Source of the DNA: Eledone cirrhosa
Taxonomy: Eukaryota
Reading direction: 5' to 3'
NCBI GenBank assembly: GCA_964016885.1
Contig: OZ024745.1
Coordinates: 61,070,001-61,134,000 of the forward strand
DNA length: 64,000 nt
Positions 9,201 through 23,600 of the stretch are shown piece after piece. Position numbers and translations under genes: made by a program. Below the pieces are notes generated by a model. The model saw only the letters and a list, made by a program, of their open reading frames with translations, made no database searches and had not been told where the DNA came from. How positions within the stretch are numbered: the stretch's first letter is position 1; each line of letters starts with the position of its first letter.

Positions 9201-12200
9201 CACCTAGGTAACTGTAGTTGTACTGCTAGGACAGTTCTCCTCAGATCACCTAGGTAACTGTGGTGGTATGGCGAGGACAGTTCTCCTCAGATCACCTAGG
9301 TAACTGTGGTGGTATGGCTAGGACAGTTCTCCTCAGATCACCTAGGTAACTGTGGTTGTATGGCTAGGACAGTTCTCCTCTGATCACCTAGGTAACTGTG
9401 GTTGTATGGCTAGGACAGTTCTCCTCAGATCACCTAGGTAACTGTGGTTGTATGGCTAGGACAGTTCTCCTCAGATCACCTAGGTAACTGTGGTTGTATG
9501 GCTAGGACAGTTCTCCCCAGATCACCTAGGTAACTGTGGTTGTATGGCTAGGATAGTTCTCCTCTGATCACCTAGGTAACTGTGGTGGTATGGCTAGGAC
9601 AGTTCTCCTCTGATCACCTAGGTAACTGTGGTTGTATGGCTAGGACAGTTCTCCTCAGATCACCTAGGTAACTGTGGTTGTATGGCTAGGATAGTTCTCC
9701 TCTGATCACCTAGGTAACTGTGGTGGTATGGCTATGACAGTTCTCCTCAGATCACCTAGGTAACTGTGGTTGTATGGCTAGGATAGTTCTCCTCTGATCA
9801 CCTAGGTAACTGTGGTTGTATTGCTAGGACAGTTCTCAGATCACCTAGGTAACTGATTGTATAGCTAGGACAGTTCTCAGATCACCTAGGTAACTGATTG
9901 TATGGCTAGGACAGTTCTCCTCAGAGCACCTAGGTAACTGTGGTTGTATTGCTAGGACAGTTCTCCCCAGATCACCTAGGTAACTGATTGTATGGCTAGG
10001 ACAGTTCTCCCCTGATCACCTAGGTAACTGTGGTGGTATGGCTAGGACAGTTCTCCTCAGATCACCTAGGTAACTGTGGTTGTATGGCTAGGACAGTTCT
10101 CCTCTGATCAACTAGGTAACTGTGGTTGTATGACGAGGACAGTTCTCCCCAGATCACTTATGTAACGGTGGTGGTATGGCTAGGACAGTTCTCCTCTGAT
10201 CACCTAGGTAACTGTGGTGGTATGGCTAGGACAGTTCTCCTCTGATCACCTAGGTAACGGTGGTTGTATGGCTAGGACAGTTCTCCTCTGCTCACCTGTG
10301 TAACTGTGGTTGTATGACTAGGACAGTTCTCCTCTGATCACCTAGGTAACTGTGGTTGTATGGCTAGGACAGTTCTCCTCAGATCACCTAGGTAACTGTG
10401 GTGGTATGGCTAGGACAGTTCTCCTCAGATCACCTAGGTAACTGTGGTTGTATGACTAGGACAGTTCTCCTCTGATCACCTAGGTAACTGTGGTTGTATG
10501 GCTAGGACAGTTCTCCTCTGATCACCTAGGTAACTGTGGTTGTATGGCTAGGACAGTTCTCCTCAGATCACCTAGGTAACTGTGGTTGTATGGCTAGGAC
10601 AGTTCTCCTCAGATCACCTAGGTAACTGTGGTTGTATTGCTAGGACAGTTCTCCTCTGATCACCTAGGTAACTGTGGTTGTATGGCTAGGACAGTTCTCC
10701 TCAGATCACCTAGGTAACTGTGGTTGTATTGCTAGGACAGTTCTCCCCAGATCACCTAGGTAACTGATTGTATGGCTAGGACAGTTCTCCCCTGATCACC
10801 TAGGTAACTGTGGTTGTATGGCTAGGACAGTTCTCCTCTGATCACCTCGGTAACTGTGGTTGTATGACGAGGACAGTTCTCCTTGAGATCACTTATGTAA
10901 CGGTGATCGTATGGCTAGGACAGTTCTCCTCTGATCACCTAGGTAACTGTGGTGGTATAGCTAGGACAGTTCTCCTCTGATCACCTAGGTAACGGTGGTT
11001 GTATGGCTAGGACAGTTCTCCTCTGATCACCTGTGTAACTGTGGTTGTATGACTAGGACAGTTCTCCTCTGATCACCTAGGTAACTGTGGTTGTATGGCT
11101 AGGACAGTTCTCCTCAGATCACCTTGGTAACTGTGGTTGTATGAATAGGACAGTTCACCTCTGATCACCTAGGTAACTGTGGTTGTATGGCTAGGACAGT
11201 TCTCCTCAGATCACCTAGGTAACTGGTGGTATGGCTAGGACAGTTCTCCTCAGATCACCTAGGTAACTGTGGTTGTATGACTAGGACAGTTCTCCTCTGA
11301 TCACCTAGGTAACTGTGGTTGTATGGCTAGGACAGTTCTCCTCAGATCACCTAGGTAACTGTGGTTGTATGACTAGGACAGTTCTCCTCTGATCACCTAG
11401 GTAACTGTGGTTGTATGGCTAGGACAGTTCTCCTCAGATCACCTAGGTAACTGTGGTGGTATGGCTAGGACAGTTCTCCTCAGATCACCTAGGTAACTGT
11501 GGTTGTATGGCTAGGACAGTTCTCCTCAGATCACCTAGGTAACTGTGGTTGTATTGCTATGACAGTTCTCCTCTGATCACCTAGGTAACTGTGGTTGTAT
11601 GGCTAGGACAGTTCTCCTCTGATCACCTAGGTAACTGTGGTTGTATGGCTAGGACAGTTCTCCTCAGATCACCTAGGTAACTGTGGTGGTATGGTTAGGA
11701 CAGTTCTCCTCAGATCACCTAGGTAACTGTGGTGGTATGGCTAGGACAGTTCTCCTCAGATCACCTAGGTAACTGTGGTTGTATGGCTAGGACAGTACTC
11801 CTCAGATCACCTAGGTAACTGTGGTGGTATGGCTAGGACAGTTCTCCTCAGATCACCTAGGTAACTGTGGTTGTATGGCTAGGACAGTTCTCCTCAGATT
11901 ATCTAGGTAACTGTGGTTGTATGGCTAGGACAGTTCTCCTCAGATCACCTAGGTAACTGTGGTTGTATGGCTAGGACAGTTCTCCTCAGATCACCTAGGT
12001 AACTGTGGTTGTATGGCTAGGACAGTTCTCCTCAGATCACCTAGGTAACTGTGGTTGTATGACTAGGACAGTTCTCCTCAGATCACCTAGGTAACTGTGG
12101 TTGTATGGCTAGGACAGTTCTCCTCAGATCACCGAGGTAACTGTGGTTGTATGGCTAGGACAGTTCTCCTCTGACCACCTTGGTAACTGTGGTTGTATGG

Positions 12201-15200
12201 CTAGGACAGTTCTCCTCTGATCACCTAGGTAACTGTGGTTGTATGGCTAGGACAGTTCTCCTCAGATCACCTAGGTAACTGTGGTTGTATGGCTAGGACA
12301 GTCCTCCTCAGATCACCTAGGTAACTGTGGTTGTATGGCTAGGACAGTTCTCCTGTGATCACCTAGGTAACTGTGGTTGTATGGCTAGGACAGTTCTCCT
12401 CTGATCACCTAGGTAACTGTGGTTGTATGGCTAGGACAGTACTCCTCAGATCACCTAGGTAACTGTGGTTGTATGGCTAGGACAGTTCTCCTCAGATCAC
12501 CTAGGTAACTGTGGTTGCATTGCTAGGACAGTTCTCCTCTGATCACCTAGGTAACTGTGGTTGTATGGCTAGGACAGTTCTCCTCAGATCACCTAGGTAA
12601 ATGTGGTGGTATGGCTAGGACAGTTCTCCTCAGATCACCTAGGTAACTGTGGTGGTATGGCTAGGACAGTTCTCCTCAGATCACCTAGGTAACTGTGATG
12701 GTATGGCTAGGACAGTTCTCCTCAGATCACCTAGGTAACTGTGGTTGTATGGCTAGGACAGTTCTCCTCTGATCACCTAGGTAACTGTGGTTGTATGGCT
12801 AGGACAGTTCTTTTCAGATCATCTAGGTAACTGTGGTTGTATGGCTAGGACAGTTCTCCTCAGATCATCTAGGTAACTGTGGTTGTCTGGCTAGGACAGT
12901 TCTCCTCTGATCACCTAGGTAACTGTAGTTGTACTGCTAGGACAGTTCTCCTCAGATCACCTAGGTAACTGTGGTGGTATGGCGAGGACAGTTCTCCTCA
13001 GATCACCTAGGTAACTGTGGTGGTATGGCTAGGACAGTTCTCCTCAGATCACCTAGGTAACTGTGGTTGTATTGCTAGGACAGTTCTCCCCAGATCACCT
13101 AGGTAACTGATTGTATGGCTAGGACAGTTCTCCCCTGATCACCTAGGTAACTGTGGTTGTATGGCTAGGACAGTTCTCCTCAGATCACCTAGGTAACTGT
13201 GGTTGTATGGCTAGGACAGTTCTCCTCAGATCACCTAGGTAACTGTGGTTGTAATGCTAGGACAGTTCTCCTCTGATCACCTAGGTAACTGTCGTTGTAT
13301 GACGAGGACAGTTATCCCCAGATCACTTATGTAACGGTGGTCGTATGGCTAGGACAGTTCTCCTCTGATCACCTAGGTAACTGTGGTGGTATGGCTAGGA
13401 CAGTTCTCCTCTGATCACCTAGGTAACGGTGGTTGTATGGCTAGGACAGTTCTCCTCTGCTCACCTGTGTAACTGTGGTTGTATGACTAGGACAGTTCTC
13501 CTCTGATCACCTAGGTAACTGTGGTTGTATGGCTAGGACAGTTCTCCTCAGATCACCTTGGTAACTGTGGTTGTATTAATAGGACAGTTCACCTCTGATC
13601 ACCTAGGTAACTGTGGTTGTATGGCTAGGACAGTTCTCCTCAGATCACCTAGGTAACTGTGGTGGTATGGCTAGGACAGTTCTCCTCAGATCACCTAGGT
13701 AACTGTGGTTGTATGACTAGGACAGTTCTCCTCTGATCACCTAGGTAACTGTGGTTGTATGGCTAGGACAGTTCTCCTCAGATCACCTAGGTAACTGTGG
13801 TTGTATTGCTAGGACAGTTCTCCTCTGATCACCTAGGTAACTGTGGTTGTATGGCTAGGACAGTTCTCCTCAGATCACCTAGGTAACTGTGGTTGTATTG
13901 CTAGGACAGTTCTCCCCAGATCACCTAGGTAACTGATTGTATGGCTAGGACAGTTCTCCCCTGATCACCTAGGTAACTGTGGTTGTATGGCTAGGACAGT
14001 TCTCCTCAGATCACCTAGGTAACTGTGGTTGTATGGCTAGGACAGTTCTCCTCAGATCACCTAGGTAACTGTGGTTGTATGGCTAGGACAGTTCTCCTCT
14101 GATCACCTAGGTAACTGTGGTTGTATGATGAGGACAGTTCTCCCCAGATCACTTATGTAATGGTGGTCGTATGGCTAGGACAGTTCTCCTCTGATCACCT
14201 AGGTAACTGTGGTGGTACGGCTAGGACAGTTCTCCTCTGATCACCTAGGTAACGGTGGTTGTATGGCTAGAACAGTTCTCCTCTGCTCACCTGTGTAACT
14301 GTGGTTGTATGACTAGGACAGTTCTCCTCTGATCACCTAGGTAACTGTGGTTGTATGGCTAGGACAGTTCTCCTCAGATCACCTTGGTAACTGTGGTTGT
14401 ATGAATAGGACAGTTCACCTCTGATCACCTAGGTAACTGTGGTTGTATGGCTAGGACAGTTCTCCTCAGATCACCTAGGTAACTGGTTGTATGGCTAGGA
14501 CAGTTCTCCTCAGATCACCTAGGTAACTGTGGTTGTATGACTAGGACAGTTCTCCTCTGATCACCTAGGTAACTGTGGTTGTATGGCTAGGATAGTTCTC
14601 CTCAGATCACCTAGGTAACTGTGGTTGTATGACTAGGACAGTTCTCCTCTGATCACCTAGGTAACTGTGGTTGTATGGCTAGGACAATTCTCCTCAGATC
14701 ACCTAGGTAACTGTGGTTGTATTGCTATGACAGTTCTCCTCTGATCATCTAGGTAACTGTGGTTGTATGTCTAGGACAGTTCTCCTCTGATCACTTAGGT
14801 AACTGTGGTTGTATGGCTAGGACAGTACTCCTCAGATCACCTAGGTAACTGTGGTGGTATGGTTAGGACAGTTCTCCTCAGATCACCTAGGTAACTGTGG
14901 TGGTATGGCTAGGACAGTTCTCCTCAGATCACCTAGGTAACTGTGGTTGTATGGCTAGGAGAGTTCTCCTCAGATTATCTAGGTAACTGTGGTTGTATGG
15001 CTAGGACAGTTCTCCTCAGATCACCTAGGTAACTGTGGTTGTATTGCTAGGACAGTTCTCCTCTGATCACCTAGGTAACTGTGGTTGTATGGCTAGGACA
15101 GTTCTCCTCAGATCACCTAGGTAACTGTGGTTGTATTGCTAGGACAGTTCTCAGATCACCTAGGTAACTGATTGTATGGCTAGGACAGTTCTCAGATCAC

Positions 15201-17680
15201 CTAGGTAACTGATTGTATGGCTAGGACAGTTCTCCTCAGATCACCTAGGTAACTGTGGTGGTATGGCTAGGACAGTTCTCCTCAGATCACCTAGGTAACT
15301 GTGGTTGTATTGCTAGGACAGTTCTCCCCAGATCACCTAGATAACTGATTGTATGGCTAGGACAGTTCTCCCCTGATCACCTAGGTAACTGTGGTGGTAT
15401 GGCTAGGACAGTTCTCCTCAGATCACCTAGGTAACTGTGGTTGTATGGCTAGGACAGTTCTCCTCAGATCACCTAGGTAACTGTGGTTGTATGGCTAGGA
15501 CAGTTCTCCTCAGATCACCTTGGTAACTGTGGTTGTATGAATAGGACAGTTCACCTCTGATCACCTAGGTAACTGTGGTTGTATGGCTAGGACAGTTCTC
15601 CTCAGATCACCTAGGTAACTGGTGGTATGGCTAGGACAGTTCTCCTCAGATCACCTAGGTAACTGTGGTTGTATGACTAGGACAGTTCTCCTCTGATCAC
15701 CTAGGTAACTGTGGTTGTATGGCTAGGACAGTTCTCCTCAGATCACCTAGGTAACTGTGGTTGTATGACTAGGACAGTTCTCCTCTGATCACCTAGGTAA
15801 CTGTGGTTGTATGGCTAGGACAGTTCTCCTCAGATCACCTAGGTAACTGTGGTGGTATGGCTAGGACAGTTCTCCTCAGATCACCTAGGTAACTGTAGTT
15901 GTATGGCTAGGACAGTTCTCCTCAGATCACCTAGGTAACTGTGGTTGTATTGCTATGACAGTTCTCCTCTGATCACCTAGGTAACTGTGGTTGTATGGCT
16001 AGGACAGTTCTCCTCTGATCACCTAGGTAACTGTGGTTGTATGGCTAGGACAGTTCTCCTCAGATCACCTAGGTAACTGTGGTGGTATGGTTAGGACAGT
16101 TCTCCTCAGATCACCTAGGTAACTGTGGTGGTATGGCTAGGACAGTTCTCCTCAGATCACCTAGGTAACTGTGGTTGTATGGCTAGGACAGTACTCCTCA
16201 GATCACCTAGGTAACTGTGGTTGTATGGCTAGGACAGTTCTCCTCTGATCACCTAGGTAACTGTGGTTGTATGGCTAGGACAGTTCTCCTCAGATCACCT
16301 AGGTAACTGTGGTGGTATGGTTAGGACAGTTCTCCTCAGATCACCTAGGTAACTGTGGTGGTATGGCTAGGACAGTTCTCCTCAGATCACCTAGGTAACT
16401 GTGGTTGTATGGCTAGGACAGTACTCCTCAGATCACCTAGGTAACTGTGGTGGTATGGCTAGGACAGTTCTCCTCAGATCACCTAGGTAACTGTGGTTGT
16501 ATGGCTAGGACAGTTCTCCTCAGATTATCTAGGTAACTGTGGTTGTATGGCTAGGACAGTTCTCCTCAGATCACCTAGGTAACTGTGGTTGTATGGCTAG
16601 GACAGTTCTCCTCAGATCACCTAAGTAACTGTGGTTGTATGGCTAGGACAGTTCTCCTCAGATCACCTAGGTAACTGTGGTTGTATGACTAGGACAGTTC
16701 TCCTCAAATCACCTAGGTAACTGTGGTTGTATGGCTAGGACAGTTCTCCTCAGATCACCGAGGTAACTGTGGTTGTATGGCTAGGACAGTTCTCCTCTGA
16801 CCACCTTGGTAACTGTGGTTGTATGGCTAGGACAGTTCTCCTCTGATCACCTAGGTAACTGTGGTTGTATGGCTAGGACAGTTCTCCTCAGATCACCTAG
16901 GTAACTGTGGTTGTATGGCTAGGACAGTCCTCCTCAGATCACCTAGGTAACTGTGGTTGTATGGCTAGGACAGTTCTCCTGTGATCACCTAGGTAACTGT
17001 GGTTGTATGGCTAGGACAGTTCTCCTCTGATCACCTAGGTAACTGTGGTTGTATGGCTAGGACAGTACTCCTCAGATCACCTAGGTAACTGTGGTTGTAT
17101 GGCTAGGACAGTTCTCCTCAGATCACCTAGGTAACTGTGGTTGTATTGCTAGGACAGTTCTCCTCTGATCACCTAGGTAACTGTGGTTGTATGGCTAGGA
17201 CAGTTCTCCTCAGATCACCTAGGTAAATGTGGTGGTATGGCTAGGACAGTTCTCCTCAGATCACCTAGGTAACTGTGGTGGTATGGCTAGGACAGTTCTC
17301 CTCAGATCACCTAGGTAACTGTGGTGGTATGGCTAGGACAGTTCTCCTCAGATCACCTAGGTAACTGTGGTTGTATGGCTAGGACAGTTCTCCTCTGATC
17401 ACCTAGGTAACTGTGGTTGTATGGCTAGGACAGTTCTCCTCAGATCATCTAGGTAACTGTGGTTGTATGGCTAGGACAGTTCTCCTCAGATCATCTAGGT
17501 AACTGTGGTTGTATGGCTAGGACAGTTCTCCTCTGATCACCTAGGTAACTGTAGTTGTACTGCTAGGACAGTTCTCCTCAGATCACCTAGGTAACTGTGG
17601 TGGTATGGCGAGGACAGTTCTCCTCAGATCACCTAGGTAACTGTGGTGGTATGGCTAGGACAGTTCTCCTCAGATCACCT
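4080..17680. repeat. Segmental duplication within the array, offset about 8.34-8.38 kb (~4080-9340 vs ~12460-17680)
   Basis: Offset 8383 holds for gttgcattgc 4131/12514, tgtgatgg 4311/12694, acaattc 6301/14684 and cacctagata 6951/15334. Offset 8337 (one monomer less) holds for ccgagg 8421/16758 and actgtag 9211/17548. Confidence 0.85.
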
Positions 17681-20600
17681 AGGTAATTGTGGTTGTATGG
17701 CTAGGACAGTTCTCCTCTGATCACCTAGGTAACTGTGGTGGTATGGCTAGGACAGTTCTCCTTTGATCACCTAGGTAACTGTGGTTGTATGGCTAGGACA
17801 GTTCTCCTCAGATCACCTACGTAACTTTGGTTGTATGGCTAGGACAGTTCTCCTCAGATCACCTAGGTACCTGTGGTTGTATGGCTAGGACAGTTCTCCT
17901 CAGATCACCTAGGTAACTGTGGTTGTATGGCTAGGACAGTTCTCCTCAGATCACCTAGGTAACTGTGGTTGTATGACTAGGACAGTTCTCCCCAGATCAT
18001 CTAGGTAACTGTGGTTGTATGGCTAGGACAGTTCTCCCCAGATCATCTAGGTAACTGTGGTTGTATGGCTAGGACAGTTCTCCCCAGATCACCTAGGTAA
18101 CTGTGGTTGTATGGCTAGGACAGTTCTCCCCAGATCACCTAGGTAACTGTGGTTGTATTGCTAGGACAGTTCTCCTCTGATCACCTAGGTAACTGTGGTT
18201 GTATGGCTAGGACAGTTCTCCTCAGATCACCTAGGTAACTGTGGTTGTATTGCTAGGACAGTTCTCCTCTGATCACCTAGGTAACTGTGGTTGTATGGCT
18301 AGGACAGTTCTCCTCAGATCACCTAGGTAACTGTGGTTGTATTGGTAGGACAGTTCTCAGATCACCTAGGTAACTGATTGTATGGCTAGGACAGTTCTCA
18401 GATCACCTAGGTAACTGATTGTATGGCTAGGACAGTTCTCCTCAGATCACCTAGGTAACTGTGGTTGTATGGCTAGGACAGTTCTCCTCAGATCACCTAG
18501 GTAACTGTGGTTGTATGACTAGGACAGTTCTCCCCAGATCATCTAGGTAACTGTGGTTGTATGGCTAGGACAGTTCTCCCCAGATCACCTAGGTAACTGT
18601 GGTTGTATGGCTAGGACAGTTCTCCCCAGATCACCTAGGTAACTGTGGTTGTATGACTAGGACAGTTCTCCCCAGATCACCTAGGTAACTGTGGTTGTAT
18701 GGCTAGGACAGTTCTCCTCAGATCACCTAGGTAACTGTGGTTGTATTGCTAGGACAGTTCTCCTCTGATCACCTAGGTAACTGTGGTTGTATGGCTAGGA
18801 CAGTTCTCCTCAGATCACCTAGGTAACTGTGGTTGTATTGCTAGGACAGTTCTCAGATCACCTAGGTAACTGATTGTATGGCTAGGACAGTTCTCAGATC
18901 ACCTAGGTAACTGTGGTTGTATTGCTAGGACAGTTCTCCTCAGATCACCTAGGTAACTGTGGTGGTATGGCGAGGACAGTTCTCCTCAGATCACCTAGGT
19001 AACTGTGGTGGTATGGCTAGGACAGTTCTCCTCAGATCACCTAGGTAATTGTGGTTGTATGGCTAGGACAGTTCTCCTCTGATCACCTAGGTAACTGTGG
19101 TGGTATGGCTAGGACAGTTCTCCTCTGATCACCTAGGTAACTGTGGTTGTATGGCTAGGACAGTTCTCCTCAGATCACCTAGGTAACTTTGGTTGTATGG
19201 CTAGGACAGTTCTCCTCAGATCACCTAGGTACCTGTGGTTGTATGGCTAGGACAGTTCTCCTCAGATCACCTAGGTAACTGTGGTTGTATGGCTAGGACA
19301 GTTCTCCTCAGATCACCTAGGTAACTGTGGTTGTATGACTAGGACAGTTCTCCCCAGATCATCTAGGTAACTGTGGTTGTATGGCTAGGACAGTTCTCCC
19401 CAGATCACCTAGGTAACTGTGGTTGTATGGCTAGGACAGTTCTCCCCAGATCACCTAGGTAACTGTGGTTGTATGACTAGGACAGTTCTCCCCAGATCAC
19501 CTAGGTAACTGTGGTTGTATGGCTAGGACAGTTCTCCCCAGATCACCTAGGTAACTGTGGTTGTATTGCTAGGACAGTTCTCCTCTGATCACCTAGGTAA
19601 CTGTGGTTGTATGGCTAGGACAGTTCTCCTCAGATCACCTAGGTAACTGTGGTTGTATTGCTAGGACAGTTCTCCTCTGATCACCTAGGTAACTGTGGTT
19701 GTATGGCTAGGACAGTTCTCCTCAGATCACCTAGGTAACTGTGGTTGTATTGCTAGGACAGTTCTCAGATCACCTAGGTAATTGATTGTATGGCTAGGAC
19801 AGTTCTCAGATCACCTAGGTAACTGATTGTATGGCTAGGACAGTTCTCCTCAGATCACCTAGGTAACTGTGGTGGTATGGCTAGGACAGTTCTCCTCAGA
19901 TCACCTAGGTAACTGTGGTTGTATTGCTAGGACAGTTCTCCCCAGATCACCTAGGTAACTGATTGTATGGCTAGGACAGTTCTCCCCCTGATCACCTAGG
20001 TAACTGTGGTGGTATGGCTAGGACAGTTCTCCTCAGATCACCTAGGTAACTGTGGTTGTATGGCTAGGACAGTTCTCCTCAGATCACCTAGGTAACTGTG
20101 GTTGTAATGCTAGGACAGTTCTCCTCTGATCACCTAGGTAACTGTCGTTGTATGACGAGGACAGTTATCCCCAGATCACTTATGTAACGGTGGTCGTATG
20201 GCTAGGACAGTTCTCCTCTGATCACCTAGGTAACTGTGGTGGTATGGCTAGGACAGTTCTCCTCTGATCACCTAGGTAACTGTGGTTGTATTGCTATGAC
20301 AGTTCTCCTCTGATCACCTAGGTAACTGTGGTTGTATGGCTAGGACAGTTCTCCTCTGATCACCTAGGTAACTGTGGTTGTATGGCTAGGACAGTTCTCC
20401 TCAGATCACCTAGGTAACTGTGGTGGTATGGTTAGGACAGTTCTCCTCAGATCACCTAGGTAACTGTGGTGGTATGGCTAGGACAGTTCTCCTCAGATCA
20501 CCTAGGTAACTGTGGTTGTATGGCTAGGACAGTACTCCTCAGATCACCTAGGTAACTGTGGTGGTATGGCTAGGACAGTTCTCCTCAGATCACCTAGGTA

Positions 20601-23600
20601 ACTGTGGTTGTATGGCTAGGACAGTTCTCCTCAGATTATCTAGGTAACTGTGGTTGTATGGCTAGGACAGTTCTCCTCAGATCACCTAGGTAACTGTGGT
20701 TGTATGGCTAGGACAGTTCTCCTCAGATCACCTAGGTAACTGTGGTTGTATGGCTAGGACAGTTCTCCTCAGATCACCTAGGTAACTGTGGTTGTATTAC
20801 TAGGACAGTTCTCCTCAGTTCACCTAGGTAACTGTGGTTGTATGGCTAGGACAGTTCTCCTCAGATCACCGAGGTAACTGTGGTTGTATGGCTAGGACAG
20901 TTCTCCTCTGACCACCTTGGTAACTGTGGTTGTATGGCTAGGACAGTTCTCCTCTGATCACCTAGGTAACTGTGGTTGTATGGCTAGGACAGTTCTCCTC
21001 AGATCACCTAGGTAACTGTGGTTGTATGGCTAGGACAGTCCTCCTCAGATCACCTAGGTAACTGTGGTTGTATGGCTAGGACAGTTCTCCTGTGATCACC
21101 TAGGTAACTGTGGTTGTATGGCTAGGACAGTTCTCCTCTGATCACCTAGGTAACTGTGGTTGTATGGCTAGGACAGTACTCCTCAGATCACCTAGGTAAC
21201 TGTGGTTGTATGGCTAGGACAGTTCTCCTCAGATCACCTAGGTAACTGTGGTTGTATTGCTAGGACAGCTCTCCTCAGATCACCTAGGTAACTGTGGTGG
21301 TATGGCTAGGACAGGTCTCCTCAGATCACCTAGGTAACTGTAGTTGTATGGCTAGGACAGTTCTCCTCAGATCACCTAGGTAACTGTGGTTGTATTGCTA
21401 TGACAGTTCTCCTCTGATCACCTAGGTAACTGTGGTTGTATGGCTAGGACAGTTCTCCTCTGATCACCTAGGTAACTGTGGTTGTATGGCTAGGACAGTT
21501 CTCCTCAGATCACCTAGGTAACTGTGGTGGTATGGTTAGGACAGTTCTCCTCAGATCACCTAGGTAACTGTGGTGGTATGGCTAGGACAGTTCTCCTCAG
21601 ATCACCTAGGTAACTGTGGTTGTATGGCTAGGACAGTACTCCTCAGATCACCTAGGTAACTGTGGTGGTATGGCTAGGACAGTTCTCCTCAGATCACCTA
21701 GGTAACTGTGGTTGTATGGCTAGGACAGTTCTCCTCAGATTATCTAGGTAACTGTGGTTGTATGGCTAGGACAGTTCTCCTCAGATCACCTAGGTAACTG
21801 TGGTTGTATGGCTAGGACAGTTCTCCTCAGATCACCTAGGTAACTGTGGTTGTATGGCTAGGACAGTTCTCCTCAGATCACCTAGGTAACTGTGGTTGTA
21901 TGACTAGGACAGTTCTCCTCAGATCACCTAGGTAACTGTGGTTGTATGGCTAGGACAGTTCTCCTCAGATCACCGAGGTAACTGTGGTTGTATGGCTAGG
22001 ACAGTTCTCCTCTGACCACCTTGGTAACTGTGGTTGTATGGCTAGGACAGTTCTCCTCTGATCACCTAGGTAACTGTGGTTGTATGGCTAGGACAGTTCT
22101 CCTCAGATCACCTAGGTAACTGTGGTTGTATGGCTAGGACAGTCCTCCTCAGATCACCTAGGTAACTGTGGTTGTATGGCTAGGACAGTTCTCCTGTGAT
22201 CACCTAGGTAACTGTGGTTGTATGGCTAGGACAGTTCTCCTCTGATCACCTAGGTAACTGTGGTTGTATGGCTAGGACAGTACTCCTCAGATCACCTAGG
22301 TAACTGTGGTTGTATGGCTAGGACAGTTCTCCTCAGATCACCTAGGTAACTGTGGTTGTATTGCTAGGACAGTTCTCCTCTGATCACCTAGGTAACTGTG
22401 GTTGTATGGCTAGGACAGTTCTCCTCAGATCACCTAGGTAAATGTGGTGGTATGGCTAGGACAGTTCTCCTCAGATCACCTAGGTAACTGTGGTGGTATG
22501 GCTAGGACAGTTCTCCTCAGATCACCTAGGTAACTGTGGTGGTATGGCTAGGACAGTTCTCCTCAGATCACCTAGGTAACTGTGGTTGTATGGCTAGGAC
22601 AGTTCTCCTCTGATCACCTAGGTAACTGTGGTTGTATGGCTAGGACAGTTCTCCTCAGATCATCTAGGTAACTGTGGTTGTATGGCTAGGACAGTTCTCC
22701 TCAGATCATCTAGGTAACTGTGGTTGTATGGCTAGGACAGTTCTCCTCTGATCACCTAGGTAACTGTAGTTGTACTGCTAGGACAGTTCTCCTCAGATCA
22801 CCTAGGTAACTGTGGTGGTATGGCGAGGACAGTTCTCCTCAGATCACCTAGGTAACTGTGGTGGTATGGCTAGGACAGTTCTCCTCAGATCACCTAGGTA
22901 ATTGTGGTTGTATGGCTAGGACAGTTCTCCTCTGATCACCTAGGTAACTGTGGTGGTATGGCTAGGACAGTTCTCCTTTGATCACCTAGGTAACTGTGGT
23001 TGTATGGCTAGGACAGTTCTCCTCAGATCACCTACGTAACTTTGGTTGTATGGCTAGGACAGTTCTCCTCAGATCACCTAGGTACCTGTGGTTGTATGGC
23101 TAGGACAGTTCTCCTCAGATCACCTAGGTAACTGTGGTTGTATGGCTAGGACAGTTCTCCTCAGATCACCTAGGTAACTGTGGTTGTATGACTAGGACAG
23201 TTCTCCCCAGATCATCTAGGTAACTGTGGTTGTATGGCTAGGACAGTTCTCCCCAGATCATCTAGGTAACTGTGGTTGTATGGCTAGGACAGTTCTCCCC
23301 AGATCACCTAGGTAACTGTGGTTGTATGGCTAGGACAGTTCTCCCCAGATCACCTAGGTAACTGTGGTTGTATTGCTAGGACAGTTCTCCTCTGATCACC
23401 TAGGTAACTGTGGTTGTATGGCTAGGACAGTTCTCCTCAGATCACCTAGGTAACTGTGGTTGTATTGCTAGGACAGTTCTCCTCTGATCACCTAGGTAAC
23501 TGTGGTTGTATGGCTAGGACAGTTCTCCTCAGATCACCTAGGTAACTGTGGTTGTATTGGTAGGACAGTTCTCAGATCACCTAGGTAACTGATTGTATGG